Positions 1-8,988 of a stretch of 64,000 nucleotides of DNA are shown piece by piece (position 1 is the stretch's first letter; every line of letters begins with the position of its first letter). The notes under the pieces were generated by a model. The model was not told the DNA's origin, made no database searches, and saw nothing but the letters and a program-made list of their open reading frames with translations. This stretch comes from an uncultured virus (IMG/VR IMGVR_UViG_3300020294_000004) (lineage: Duplodnaviria; Heunggongvirae; Uroviricota; Caudoviricetes; Crassvirales): IMG/VR virus record IMGVR_UViG_3300020294_000004; one strand, written 5' to 3'. A program made the position numbers and the translations under genes.

Positions 1-14
1 TTCCTTTTCCCATT

Positions 15-323
15 TTATTGTTTTTTATTTGCATCTTTTTCCCATTGCAAAGCTGGACTACCTTCTTTCATTTTTGATCTGGCATAACGTTTACCTCTAT
101 AGTAAACATATTTATCGTCATAATCTAAAATACCATCTTTCATTTGTTTGATATGTACTTCTTCATGTTTGATAACGTCTTTTCTTTGCTTTGGATCTGT
201 TATATCTTTATTAATTAATATATTTCCATTTCTATCAGCTTTACCTAAAACACCTTCTTCTAAAGCTACTTCATGTATTGCAGTAGAGTAATTAGGATAA
301 GGTCTATTTATTTTAAAAGCCAT
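15..323 (-). CDS. small HEXXH zincin-like metallopeptidase domain protein
   Basis: 102 aa; G...G.I.IN strand followed by VIKHEEVH (HEXXH) and a downstream WE. Confidence 0.5.
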   Translation of the reverse strand: MAFKINRPYPNYSTAIHEVALEEGVLGKADRNGNILINKDITDPKQRKDVIKHEEVHIKQMKDGILDYDDKYVYYRGKRYARSKMKEGSPALQWEKDANKKQ

Positions 324-324
324 A

Positions 325-480
325 TTATTGTTTATATGGAAACATTTTGTTTAACGCTTCTTTTCTTGATTGACATCCACAAGGAATATTAAGACCTTCG
401 CTAACTTTATCAACGACGGTCTTAATACCTGTTTTAGTAGTAAACTTTTCTATTGAATCGCCTAGTCCTTGTGATTTCAT
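325..480 (-). CDS. small conserved phage protein (GLGD...CGC motif)
   Basis: Translated by hand, absent from the ORF track: MKSQGLGDSIEKFTTKTGIKTVVDKVSEGLNIPCGCQSRKEALNKMFPYKQ; fills the gap between neighbours exactly. Confidence 0.75.
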   Translation of the reverse strand: MKSQGLGDSIEKFTTKTGIKTVVDKVSEGLNIPCGCQSRKEALNKMFPYKQ

Positions 481-484
481 AATA

Positions 485-880
485 CTATGCGTATGTTACT
501 GCGCTAAAGTACATTTGTAACGGAGTAGCCGCTTGATCTTTACCTAATTGTACAGTAGAAGAAACACCACCTGGGTTAGCAGTTAGTGATTTATTTACTG
601 CATTATAAATAGTATTAGCTTGACCAGTAGTAAGCGTTGGATTTACAGATCCATCAGTATCTGCATGAACAGCAAATGTAGCTGTTTTTGGGTTTGTAGC
701 GTCTGGTGTACCTATAGCTGATTGCTTATAGCTAACAACTAAAGTTTTTGCGTTTTGTCCAGTATTACCTGTAGCTGCTATTTTAGCTATATCTTCAATG
801 TTAATCAAAACATCATAAGATGGTCCTAGTGGCTGAGCTGCGCTATCTTTAACTATTGGAAATTTTATAAATTTTGCCAT
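485..880 (-). CDS. hypothetical protein, possibly virion-associated
   Basis: 131-aa ATG ORF, Ala/Thr/Gly-rich, preceded by an A-rich repeat leader. Confidence 0.6.
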   Translation of the reverse strand: MAKFIKFPIVKDSAAQPLGPSYDVLINIEDIAKIAATGNTGQNAKTLVVSYKQSAIGTPDATNPKTATFAVHADTDGSVNPTLTTGQANTIYNAVNKSLTANPGGVSSTVQLGKDQAATPLQMYFSAVTYA

Positions 881-920
881 TTTGTTTTTGTTTTTGTTAT
901 TGTTTTTGTTATTGTTATTG
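881..920. repeat. short tandem repeat (TTGTTW)n in the 5' leader of 485..880
   Basis: ttttgtttttgtttttgttattgtttttgttattgttattgg; reads CAAWAA repeats on the coding strand. Confidence 0.7.
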
Positions 921-953
921 GTTAGATTTATACAGTTCTATTCTGTTTTTTAT

Positions 954-1895
954 TTAGCTTCTATAGTAATTATCTCCCTCGTAAGCTTTCATTCTGCTTG
1001 ATAGTCTATTTGCTCTTTTTACAGCTCTATAAGCTTTTCTTTTAGCTCTACCTCTAGCGGCTGCATCAACATCAGCACCTACACCACCTGTGTTTGATCT
1101 ATTAACAACTTTACCATCTCTTGATTTAGTTACAGATCCACCAGCGGCAGCCATATTGGCTGTAGCTTTAGCTAATTGTTTTTGTAATCTTGCCTCTCTT
1201 TTAGTTACACCTTTTGCTAAACTATCTTTTCTTAATCCTTGTCTATATAATCTTCCAGCTTTTCCAGTACCTTGTTGAGCAATTTCTCTATCAACTACAG
1301 CTCCAGCAAATTTACCTTGTAAAGCTTTACGTACTAAACCAGTTCCTCCATCATTTTTAGAAGTAGATTTAGAAGTAGTTTTTGTTGATCCTAACAATCT
1401 AGATTCGCCTCCTTTTCCAGATGGTTTATCATCTACAGTTGGTATTATTGGTTTTATACCAGCATTAACAGATTTAGTAGGCTCTCTTTTACTTCCACCA
1501 GAACTTACTGTTTCTCCTTCTCCTCTACCTATAGTATCATATCTATCTTGAAACCCTAAATCTTTTCTACTTTTCCATACACCTGTTTCTCTATAATTTG
1601 CTAATTGAGATTTAGCAAAATTACTATATTGTTGTAAGCTTTCTCCAGGAACAGTCAAGCCTTTGTCTTGAGCAATTTTATATGCTTCAGAATATGACCT
1701 ACCAGAGTCTAATTTACCTTGTTTATTTGTTTTAGGATCAGTATATGTTTTGTAATCAGGTCCTTCACCTTTATTTGGATCTTGTTTTTTAGTATCAATA
1801 TAATTAAGTTTAGGTCTATCATAAGTGTATCCAGAATTTGGATCACCTATTTGATTAAAAACGCTACCTATTTTATAAAATGGTTGTTTTGGCAT
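954..1895 (-). CDS. basic low-complexity protein, possible internal head protein
   Basis: 313 aa, K/R/G-rich C-terminal half. Confidence 0.6.
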   Translation of the reverse strand: MPKQPFYKIGSVFNQIGDPNSGYTYDRPKLNYIDTKKQDPNKGEGPDYKTYTDPKTNKQGKLDSGRSYSEAYKIAQDKGLTVPGESLQQYSNFAKSQLANYRETGVWKSRKDLGFQDRYDTIGRGEGETVSSGGSKREPTKSVNAGIKPIIPTVDDKPSGKGGESRLLGSTKTTSKSTSKNDGGTGLVRKALQGKFAGAVVDREIAQQGTGKAGRLYRQGLRKDSLAKGVTKREARLQKQLAKATANMAAAGGSVTKSRDGKVVNRSNTGGVGADVDAAARGRAKRKAYRAVKRANRLSSRMKAYEGDNYYRS

Positions 1896-1897
1896 GA

Positions 1898-2134
1898 TTA
1901 TTTATATTTTTTAGAATCATATTTTATATCTCCAGCCAGCTTAGAAATATGCTTTTCATCAGCTGTCATGTCAATATCACTATGATTGTGTTTTGCGTCA
2001 TAATCAATATCTCTTTTTAAATAAGAAATATGAGCTGCATCATCTCTTTCAGCAGCATGAACATTTGTTTTTGTTATCGGTGTGTGTGAGTGTCTAGCAT
2101 TACCAGTGTAATGGCCATAGTGTCCTTTTTCCAT
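1898..2134 (-). CDS. His/Asp-rich small protein with an internal repeat
   Basis: HISYLKRDIDYD and HISKLAGDIKYD repeat; tight packing with neighbours. Confidence 0.65.
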   Translation of the reverse strand: MEKGHYGHYTGNARHSHTPITKTNVHAAERDDAAHISYLKRDIDYDAKHNHSDIDMTADEKHISKLAGDIKYDSKKYK

Positions 2135-2137
2135 AAT

Positions 2138-2293
2138 TTATTTTTTATCATCTTTTAATTTTAACCATTTAGATACAGTATATCCTATAGTTACTACTAA
2201 AAGAATTATTTTAAGTGAAACTTCTATATGTGTCATTGATACAGCAAGAGCTATACCATTAATAGCTAATAGTTTAATATCTGAAATTGCCAT
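2138..2293 (-). CDS. small membrane protein, holin-like
   Basis: Translated by hand: MAISDIKLLAINGIALAVSMTHIEVSLKIILLVVTIGYTVSKWLKLKDDKK; two hydrophobic segments and a charged C-tail. Confidence 0.6.
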   Translation of the reverse strand: MAISDIKLLAINGIALAVSMTHIEVSLKIILLVVTIGYTVSKWLKLKDDKK

Positions 2294-2294
2294 T

Positions 2295-2510
2295 TTATCC
2301 TTGTACTAACTTAGTTATAGGAAACTTTACTTGATAAGCATTTGGGCCACAAGGAGCTTTAGATACTTCCATACCAGTAATACCTGAACTAGAACCTACT
2401 CCATGTATTCTACCTTGTTGATTTAAAGGACCATCCCATATATGAGATTCTCCAACTATACCTACTTTTTTGTTTTTACTTGCTTTGTTATAACCTGGAT
2501 CGTGTTTCAT
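2295..2510 (-). CDS. hypothetical protein
   Basis: 71-aa ORF; start overlaps the upstream stop (ATGA). Confidence 0.6.
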   Translation of the reverse strand: MKHDPGYNKASKNKKVGIVGESHIWDGPLNQQGRIHGVGSSSGITGMEVSKAPCGPNAYQVKFPITKLVQG

Positions 2511-2722
2511 TTTTTTGATTTTTTATTTTTACATCCAAAATTGTTAGCATAGTTTGCCATAGCTACTACATTTTTAGAATATTTATCTTTACTTTTCATT
2601 ATTGATGAAGCAGCACTGCAAGTATCTTTACCAGGCATATTTTTCTTTACCCATTTAGTAAACTTACCTTGTTTTGCTTTTGGTACTTCTGGAAAACCTT
2701 CTTTGTTAAATGGTGAGTTCAT
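2507..2722 (-). CDS. small basic phage protein
   Basis: 71 aa, Lys-rich, GKFTKW...MANYANN. Confidence 0.65.
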   Translation of the reverse strand: MNSPFNKEGFPEVPKAKQGKFTKWVKKNMPGKDTCSAASSIMKSKDKYSKNVVAMANYANNFGCKNKKSKK

Positions 2723-2724
2723 AG

Positions 2725-3069
2725 TTATTGATTTTTTAACATTTCTTGTGCTTTTTCGTAATCACCACCAGTATCTGCCATAGCCTTTCCAAAAGCGTTA
2801 CCTTCTAGTGGTGAACCTGAAGATTCATCTAGCTTTGTTAATCCACTCATTGAACTTAAACCTGACATAGATTCTTGTCTGTTTGTATCACTACCATAAA
2901 TTGCATTAGCAGCAAATTGTGTTTTATCACTAAAAACTGGATTAGCACTACCCATAGTGTTTGACTGTGGTGGTAATTGAGTTTGTATATTTGGATTAAC
3001 CGTACTTATTGGGTTTACAGTTTGGTTTGGATCTACCATACCCATTTGTAAAAGTGCGTCTTTTTTCAT
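2725..3069 (-). CDS. hypothetical protein
   Basis: 114-aa ORF in a tightly packed operon. Confidence 0.6.
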   Translation of the reverse strand: MKKDALLQMGMVDPNQTVNPISTVNPNIQTQLPPQSNTMGSANPVFSDKTQFAANAIYGSDTNRQESMSGLSSMSGLTKLDESSGSPLEGNAFGKAMADTGGDYEKAQEMLKNQ

Positions 3070-3512
3070 CTTGTTTTGTCTTTATTAAGATTATGTATTG
3101 CTGTTATTAAAACTTTATCTGTATATGTTTTTCCCCTCATTATAGGGTTTCTTCTTTTACTTGTAGGTAAATCTTCTTCACCTAACATAATACGGTACAT
3201 TCTAGCTATTAGTTGTTTACACTTAAAAGAAACTTTATAGATATTATACTTTTGCGTTGTTCTGTTTCGTTGTCTCCACGTTACAATCCAATTGTTTTTT
3301 ACCATTTTGTTCCAGCGCCTGTTGTCCCAACTATACGCATAAGTACCGATTTTAAAATCTTGTTTAGTAAATAAATCCATACAGTCAAAGTATATTAATA
3401 ACTCTAAATCTGCATCATTTAAATTATTGTTTTTGCAAGCCCATTTACGAATTAACCTATAATGTTTTAATAGGTTTAAATCTCTGATGTCACTTGCATT
3501 AACTTTTTTCAT
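3066..3512 (-). CDS. winged-helix (MarR-like) DNA-binding protein
   Basis: NNLNDADLELLIY...MVKNNWIV...IYKVSFK pattern resembles wHTH; basic. Confidence 0.45.
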   Translation of the reverse strand: MKKVNASDIRDLNLLKHYRLIRKWACKNNNLNDADLELLIYFDCMDLFTKQDFKIGTYAYSWDNRRWNKMVKNNWIVTWRQRNRTTQKYNIYKVSFKCKQLIARMYRIMLGEEDLPTSKRRNPIMRGKTYTDKVLITAIHNLNKDKTR

Positions 3513-3769
3513 AATACAACTACAACATCCTGTAACTTAATAACAATAAATTTTTCTTTATTAAACTCTATACCATGACCAGCAGCTTTATCATAATATA
3601 TTATAGTATCTTTTTTTAATACTTTTATTTCATCACTAACAGAAATTATTTTAGCTTTTCTATATCTTAAATCTTCCCTGTCTTTTTCAACTATTAATAA
3701 ACCACCTTTAGTTTTTTCAGTAATTACTTTTTCGGGTTTAATAATTATATTATTACCTATTGCTTTCAT
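3509..3769 (-). CDS. groES: co-chaperonin GroES
   Basis: [12 protein letters not shown]...KTKGGLLI...DVV motifs; adjacent to groEL. Confidence 0.9.
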   Translation of the reverse strand: MKAIGNNIIIKPEKVITEKTKGGLLIVEKDREDLRYRKAKIISVSDEIKVLKKDTIIYYDKAAGHGIEFNKEKFIVIKLQDVVVVL

Positions 3770-5315
3770 TAGTTCTTATGTTATTAATTACACAATCGGT
3801 TGATAATATTGTTGTTGCTACTGATACAGCATTTATTAAAGCACTTTTAGTTACAAGTAATGGATCTATAATTCCAGCTTTAATCATGTCTACATTTTCA
3901 CCAGTAATTACATTTAATCCTTTACCTTTTATTTGGCCTATTAATTTAGGCAAATTTTCACACTCAATACCTGCGTTATTTAAAATAACTTTAAAAGGGT
4001 ATTTTATAGCATTTAAAAGTACTTGTTCTGCAGTGTTTTTTGTTTTAATTTCTTCTGAAGCATTTAATAAAGCAATACCACCACCAGGTACAATACCTTC
4101 TTTAATAGCTGCTTTAGTAGCACATATTGCATCTTCTATTCTATCTGCTTTTTCTTTTAACTCTATATCAGAGTTTGCACCAACTTTAACAACTGCGATT
4201 TTAGCTGATAACCTTGCTAATCTTTTTTCTAATCTTATTACATGTGCTGGATTAGGTTTATTAGCTAATTCTTCTTTTACTGTTTCAATAGCTTTTATTA
4301 CAGCTTCACTTGGTTCACCAACTTGTATTATGGTATCTTTTTCATCCGTTATAGATTTTAAGCAACTACCTAAAAATTCAGGTTGAATTAAATCCATATC
4401 ATCTCCAAGATCTTCATTAATGACAGTAGCTCCTGTAAGCATAGCTAAATCATCTAATGTTTCACGTTTATTAACACCAAATGTAGGTGCGTTAATAATA
4501 TTTATTTTAATATTACCTTTTGTTTTATTCATGGCAAGTGTAGCCATGACAGGTGCTTCTACATCAGCAACAATTAATAAAGGTATATTCTTTTTTATAA
4601 CATATTCTAATACAGACTGTATTTGTCTTATGTTTTCTACAGGTGATTCTATAAGTAAAATAGCAGGTTTTTCTAGCTCTGCAGTTTTCTTTGCTTTATT
4701 TGTAATAAAATGTTGGTTTGTTAAACCTTTATCATATTGAACTCCATCAACTAAATCAACATTTGTTTCAGGAAGTGATGAATGTTCCATCATTACAACA
4801 CCTGTTTGACCAACAGATCTAAAAGCATCACCAATTATTTTACCAAGTTTAGGTTCATTATTAGTAGATATAGTAGCTATTTGATCTATCATATCACCTT
4901 TTACAGGTAAAGTATTTTTTTCTAAATATTTTAATACTTTTTTAAGAGCAGAATTTATACCTTGTTTTAATTCTCTACTATTTATTTCTAAATTTTCTGC
5001 TTCTTTTAATATAGCATGAGATAAAACTGTAGCTGTGGTTGTACCATCTCCTGCTTCATTTACTGTTTTACGTGCAGCTTCTTTTAAAAGTCTTGCACCC
5101 ATATTTTCTACAGGATCTAATAAAGTTATTGAATTAGCAACAGTAACACCATCTTTTGTTATTATAGGATTACCTTGATCATCTTCAAGTAACACACACT
5201 TACCGCTAGCACCTAAAGTAGAGCTAACGGCTTGTGTTAGTTTATCAATTCCTTTAAATACTTGACTTTGAGCTACTTGCCCAAAATTAAGATTTTTGAC
5301 TATTAAGTCTGACAT
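3753..5315 (-). CDS. groEL: chaperonin GroEL
   Basis: [33 protein letters not shown] motifs; 520 aa, no GGM tail. Confidence 0.97.
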   Translation of the reverse strand: MSDLIVKNLNFGQVAQSQVFKGIDKLTQAVSSTLGASGKCVLLEDDQGNPIITKDGVTVANSITLLDPVENMGARLLKEAARKTVNEAGDGTTTATVLSHAILKEAENLEINSRELKQGINSALKKVLKYLEKNTLPVKGDMIDQIATISTNNEPKLGKIIGDAFRSVGQTGVVMMEHSSLPETNVDLVDGVQYDKGLTNQHFITNKAKKTAELEKPAILLIESPVENIRQIQSVLEYVIKKNIPLLIVADVEAPVMATLAMNKTKGNIKINIINAPTFGVNKRETLDDLAMLTGATVINEDLGDDMDLIQPEFLGSCLKSITDEKDTIIQVGEPSEAVIKAIETVKEELANKPNPAHVIRLEKRLARLSAKIAVVKVGANSDIELKEKADRIEDAICATKAAIKEGIVPGGGIALLNASEEIKTKNTAEQVLLNAIKYPFKVILNNAGIECENLPKLIGQIKGKGLNVITGENVDMIKAGIIDPLLVTKSALINAVSVATTILSTDCVINNIRTNESNR

Positions 5316-5347
5316 ATTTGATTAAATTTAATTTTATTTATTGAATT

Positions 5348-5635
5348 TTATTTAAAGGTCTTAACGACTTTTGGACCGTTTAAGAACTCCATTTTTTTCT
5401 TGTAATGCTCAACAGAAGCTATTACAGCTTCTTCTGCGCCTTCAAGTGTTTCTCTACGGGTTACATCTATCCACTCTTCAGCTTCAGGATCTTGGTATTC
5501 AGTTTGATAAAAACCGTTAGGTAATTGGGTTATCCGCCAATTTTTCTTTTCAGCGACGTGTTTCCAAAGGGTTTTTGTTTTTTCTGAAACTTGTGGTTGA
5601 CTACTCCACGAACTAGTCTGGTAATATAGTGTCAT
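5348..5635 (-). CDS. hypothetical protein
   Basis: 95-aa ATG ORF downstream of a class II promoter motif. Confidence 0.7.
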   Translation of the reverse strand: MTLYYQTSSWSSQPQVSEKTKTLWKHVAEKKNWRITQLPNGFYQTEYQDPEAEEWIDVTRRETLEGAEEAVIASVEHYKKKMEFLNGPKVVKTFK

Positions 5636-5674
5636 AAGGTTTGGGTTTTAATTGTTTGACATTTGGTTATAAAG

Positions 5675-5704
5675 TATATAGTTACTTGTTTTTTTTGTTT
5701 TTTA
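5675..5704 (-). promoter_or_regulatory. putative class II (middle/late) promoter TAAA-N15-GTAANTATA
   Basis: Reverse complement reads TAAA-aaacaaaaaaaacaa-GTAACTATATA, upstream of the groEL operon. Confidence 0.55.
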
Positions 5705-5706
5705 GG

Positions 5707-7443
5707 CTAAGGTGCTGTTTCTGTATATAAAGCATTTACTTGAGTTGCTGTTAAAGTTGTATTAAACCATCTAATTTGATCTAAAGCACCTCCAAAATCA
5801 TAACTACCATTAGGATATGATCCTATTCGAACATCTCCAGTATTAATATTAATTGTTCCTGATGTTACTGATGCTTCTAAATTTGCATCCATATATAGTT
5901 TATAACCTGTTCCAGCTGAATCAACAGTTATAACAAAATTATACCATGTACTAGTAGTGTTTGCTGTTGAAGTAATTAATGAAGTAGATCCAGCAGATGT
6001 ATATATTGTAAGATAATAATTAGTACCCCACCAAAACGCATAAGATTCAGGATTACCTTTATTTATAATATGAGAGGTAGAATTAGTTCTATAAACCCAA
6101 AAACTTAAACTTGTTGATGCTGCTAAATCAAAAATAGAATTATCTGGTAAATTTATAAGAGAAGTTGATCCATTAAATTGAGCTGCATTTCCATATTTAC
6201 CAGCTGCATATGTTATATCTGTTGATGTACCATTATAACTTCCACATGTATCTGGTACATTGTTTGTACTTCCACCATCATTATTTAATTGATATAAAGC
6301 CGCTCCTGTTGTAGGATAATTACAAGAAGTTGTTGTCCCTGATTGTGGTACAACTGTACTACTACTTAATTGATACCAATTAGATCCATCGTAATACTCT
6401 ACTCTTTTATCTGTAGTGTTATATCTAAATTCGCCATCAACAGCACTACTAGGTCTTCCACCTGTAACTGTTCCACTAAAAGTAACTGTTTGACTTGCAT
6501 CTGTAGTTGCAGTAACTATCCATATATTGTCTCCAGTAGAAGTATCTGGAGCTATTGTTCCTCCAGTACTACCATTAGCTGTTACACCACTTGAAAAACT
6601 AGCTGTAATTCCAGTTGGAACTCTTATAACTACAACACCAGAACCTCCTGCTCCTGAAGTAGATGATCCTAAAGTACTACCACCACCGCCACCGCCGCCT
6701 GTATTAGCTGTACCATTATTTCCGTTTGGATCTCCTCCGCTGCCACCACCTCCAGTACCTCCAGTGCCTGGCGTACCTGAAACATGTACACCACCGCCAC
6801 CACCACCTGCATAATAATTTCCTGTTCCTCCTATTATATTTACCTCTAACCCTGCACCACCTGTGCCACCATCATTTCCTGTTGTGCCGCCTCCTACACC
6901 TACAGCTGCAGCACCACCACCTCCTGAGCCTCCAGCAGAACCTGCTCTTGTTCCTCCAGCATATCCTTGATTAGTAGTTCCCGCACCACCTGGTGCACTA
7001 AGTCCGTAACCACCATTACCACCACCTCCAGAACCTCCAGTATTTCCACTAGTATTTCCTCCAGAACCACCTCCGCCACCTGTAGAGGTAATATCATCGA
7101 ATACAGAGTCTTCTCCATCATTTTTAGTGGTATTGTATGAGCTAGCTGTAATAGCAGCACCACCAGCACCTACTGTAATGGTGTATGAAGTTCCTGTTGC
7201 AAGATTTTTGTTTGTTTCAGCTGTACTTCCTCCTCCTGAATTAGATCCAAAAGAAGTTCTTAAACCACCGGCACCACCGCCACCTCCTCCTGCTCCTGCT
7301 GGAGCGCCAGCACCACCTCCAGCTACAACTAAATAATGAACTGCAAGACCATTAGTAGGTCCTTTTGGTAGTACTACCCCAGCAAAATTATCAACCGCTG
7401 GAAGATCTATTAAATCAGGTGTTGTTATTTTTGTATTTGCCAT
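5707..7443 (-). CDS. Gly-rich / LamG (concanavalin A-like) tail-fibre-type protein
   Basis: YLVVAGGG...GGSGVVVIR Gly-rich domain; RYNTT..VEYYDG linker; C-terminal LamG-like GALDQIRWFNTTLT. Confidence 0.7.
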   Translation of the reverse strand: MANTKITTPDLIDLPAVDNFAGVVLPKGPTNGLAVHYLVVAGGGAGAPAGAGGGGGGAGGLRTSFGSNSGGGSTAETNKNLATGTSYTITVGAGGAAITASSYNTTKNDGEDSVFDDITSTGGGGGSGGNTSGNTGGSGGGGNGGYGLSAPGGAGTTNQGYAGGTRAGSAGGSGGGGAAAVGVGGGTTGNDGGTGGAGLEVNIIGGTGNYYAGGGGGGVHVSGTPGTGGTGGGGSGGDPNGNNGTANTGGGGGGGSTLGSSTSGAGGSGVVVIRVPTGITASFSSGVTANGSTGGTIAPDTSTGDNIWIVTATTDASQTVTFSGTVTGGRPSSAVDGEFRYNTTDKRVEYYDGSNWYQLSSSTVVPQSGTTTSCNYPTTGAALYQLNNDGGSTNNVPDTCGSYNGTSTDITYAAGKYGNAAQFNGSTSLINLPDNSIFDLAASTSLSFWVYRTNSTSHIINKGNPESYAFWWGTNYYLTIYTSAGSTSLITSTANTTSTWYNFVITVDSAGTGYKLYMDANLEASVTSGTININTGDVRIGSYPNGSYDFGGALDQIRWFNTTLTATQVNALYTETAP

Positions 7444-7452
7444 AATTTTAAC

Positions 7453-8985
7453 TTATAATCCAAAATCTGCTTTATCAGCATTATAATTTTTTAATACTTC
7501 TGCATCTGATAGTGCTTTTGTATAAACTCTTATTATTCCTAACTCTCCTACGAAACTATTGCTAGATCCCCATGGTAAAAATCCATAATCTATTGATGCA
7601 TTAGCACCCGCTGCAGTTCTTCCAGCTCCTCTTGTAGAAGTTGCTACCGAAGATCCATCTATCCATCCATATCTTACATTACTACTATATGATTGAACTA
7701 TTTGATGCCATACTCCTACGCTTACATCAATATTTGGGTTATAATAATCTGTTGTTCCAGTATAACTAGCCCATTGCAAATCGGCATTTGTACCTGGTGC
7801 TTGTATATAATTTATAAATCCTCCCCCTGTATACATAGAGGCACTTTGAACATAAATACCTGCTGTTGGCAGTTTAACCCATAATTCAACAGTAAAATTA
7901 GCACCATAGCCACTTGGCATAGGATGAGATAATTTAGTGGTACTGTTAGTTGTTATTATTTTACTTGTAGTATCATAGCTAAAAGCATTACTTCCACTAT
8001 ATACTGCAAAAGTACCGTTCCTGCTATTTCCAGATAAATCTACCCATTGCGTGTTTGCCGCATTAGTACCACTGCTAAAGTTAGCAGTAGATGTACCATC
8101 TTTAGCTGATAAATAAACAGCTAAATCACTTGTAACATAATTTGGAGGAATTGAATAATTTGTTAGTGTAACCCAACCACTTGTAACAGGATCACCTGTT
8201 GTTTTATAAAATTGCATAGCGCTAGTAGAACCAGCTGATGATAAATCAGTGTTTGTTCTTAGCATACCTTCAACTTTTGTTAATTGGCCTTCTGTATATA
8301 ATTGAGATATTTCAGAAGCCGTTAATGCACTACTATAAAATCTTATTTGATCTAATGAGCCAGTATAACCATCTCCTAATCTAGTTAATGAAGCTAAATC
8401 AGTTAAATTACTAAATGAACCTGTTGCACTTTGAGTTCCATTAGTATAAAAAGTATAACCACCAGAACCATCTGATACAGCAGCAAAATGTGTCCATGTG
8501 TTTGCTGTTAATTCTGAGCTTACATTTGTTATATTGCTATTATCAGAATCTCTAAAAGTTATATATGCTGCTTCTTGAGCTATATAATACCTAGTAGCAT
8601 TACTACTATTGTAAGAATAAAATAATATTTTATCACTGTCTGTTACATTGCCTAGATAAATCCACATACTTAATGTATTAGCATTTTCTCTTTCAAACAT
8701 GCCACTAGGAAGAGTAATATAACTTACGCTAGTAAAATTAGCTGCATTACCATATTTACCAGCAGAATAACTTATACTATTATCACCAGTAGAGTTGTAA
8801 TTACCACACGTATCATTACCGTTACTATTAAGTTCATATAAAGCTCTGGCAGCTGTTATAAAAGAACAACCTTGACTTACACCATCTGTTATATTAGATG
8901 TTGTACCTACACATCCTTTTAATCCTTGTGTATTACCAGTCTGATTTAAATCGATAAGATCATTTATTATTTTTGTTGTTGCCAT
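7453..8985 (-). CDS. double LamG-domain virion protein
   Basis: Two LamG-like domains (WTHFAAV...GSLDQIRFYSSAL; WHQIV...GELGIIRVYTKALS). Confidence 0.7.
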   Translation of the reverse strand: MATTKIINDLIDLNQTGNTQGLKGCVGTTSNITDGVSQGCSFITAARALYELNSNGNDTCGNYNSTGDNSISYSAGKYGNAANFTSVSYITLPSGMFERENANTLSMWIYLGNVTDSDKILFYSYNSSNATRYYIAQEAAYITFRDSDNSNITNVSSELTANTWTHFAAVSDGSGGYTFYTNGTQSATGSFSNLTDLASLTRLGDGYTGSLDQIRFYSSALTASEISQLYTEGQLTKVEGMLRTNTDLSSAGSTSAMQFYKTTGDPVTSGWVTLTNYSIPPNYVTSDLAVYLSAKDGTSTANFSSGTNAANTQWVDLSGNSRNGTFAVYSGSNAFSYDTTSKIITTNSTTKLSHPMPSGYGANFTVELWVKLPTAGIYVQSASMYTGGGFINYIQAPGTNADLQWASYTGTTDYYNPNIDVSVGVWHQIVQSYSSNVRYGWIDGSSVATSTRGAGRTAAGANASIDYGFLPWGSSNSFVGELGIIRVYTKALSDAEVLKNYNADKADFGL

Positions 8986-8988
8986 ATT

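Noticed and set aside
3760..4740. Long antisense ORFs opposite groEL (208 aa and 106 aa)
   Set aside because: In-register antisense shadows of a conserved gene, with non-ATG starts and no independent signals.
6900..7169. +1 frame ORF in the Gly-rich fibre gene
   Set aside because: GGN runs give a stop-free Val/Glu-rich frame by composition alone, so it is not evidence of overprinting.
6527..7336. Pro/His-rich plus-strand ORFs
   Set aside because: Antisense reading of poly-Gly codons.
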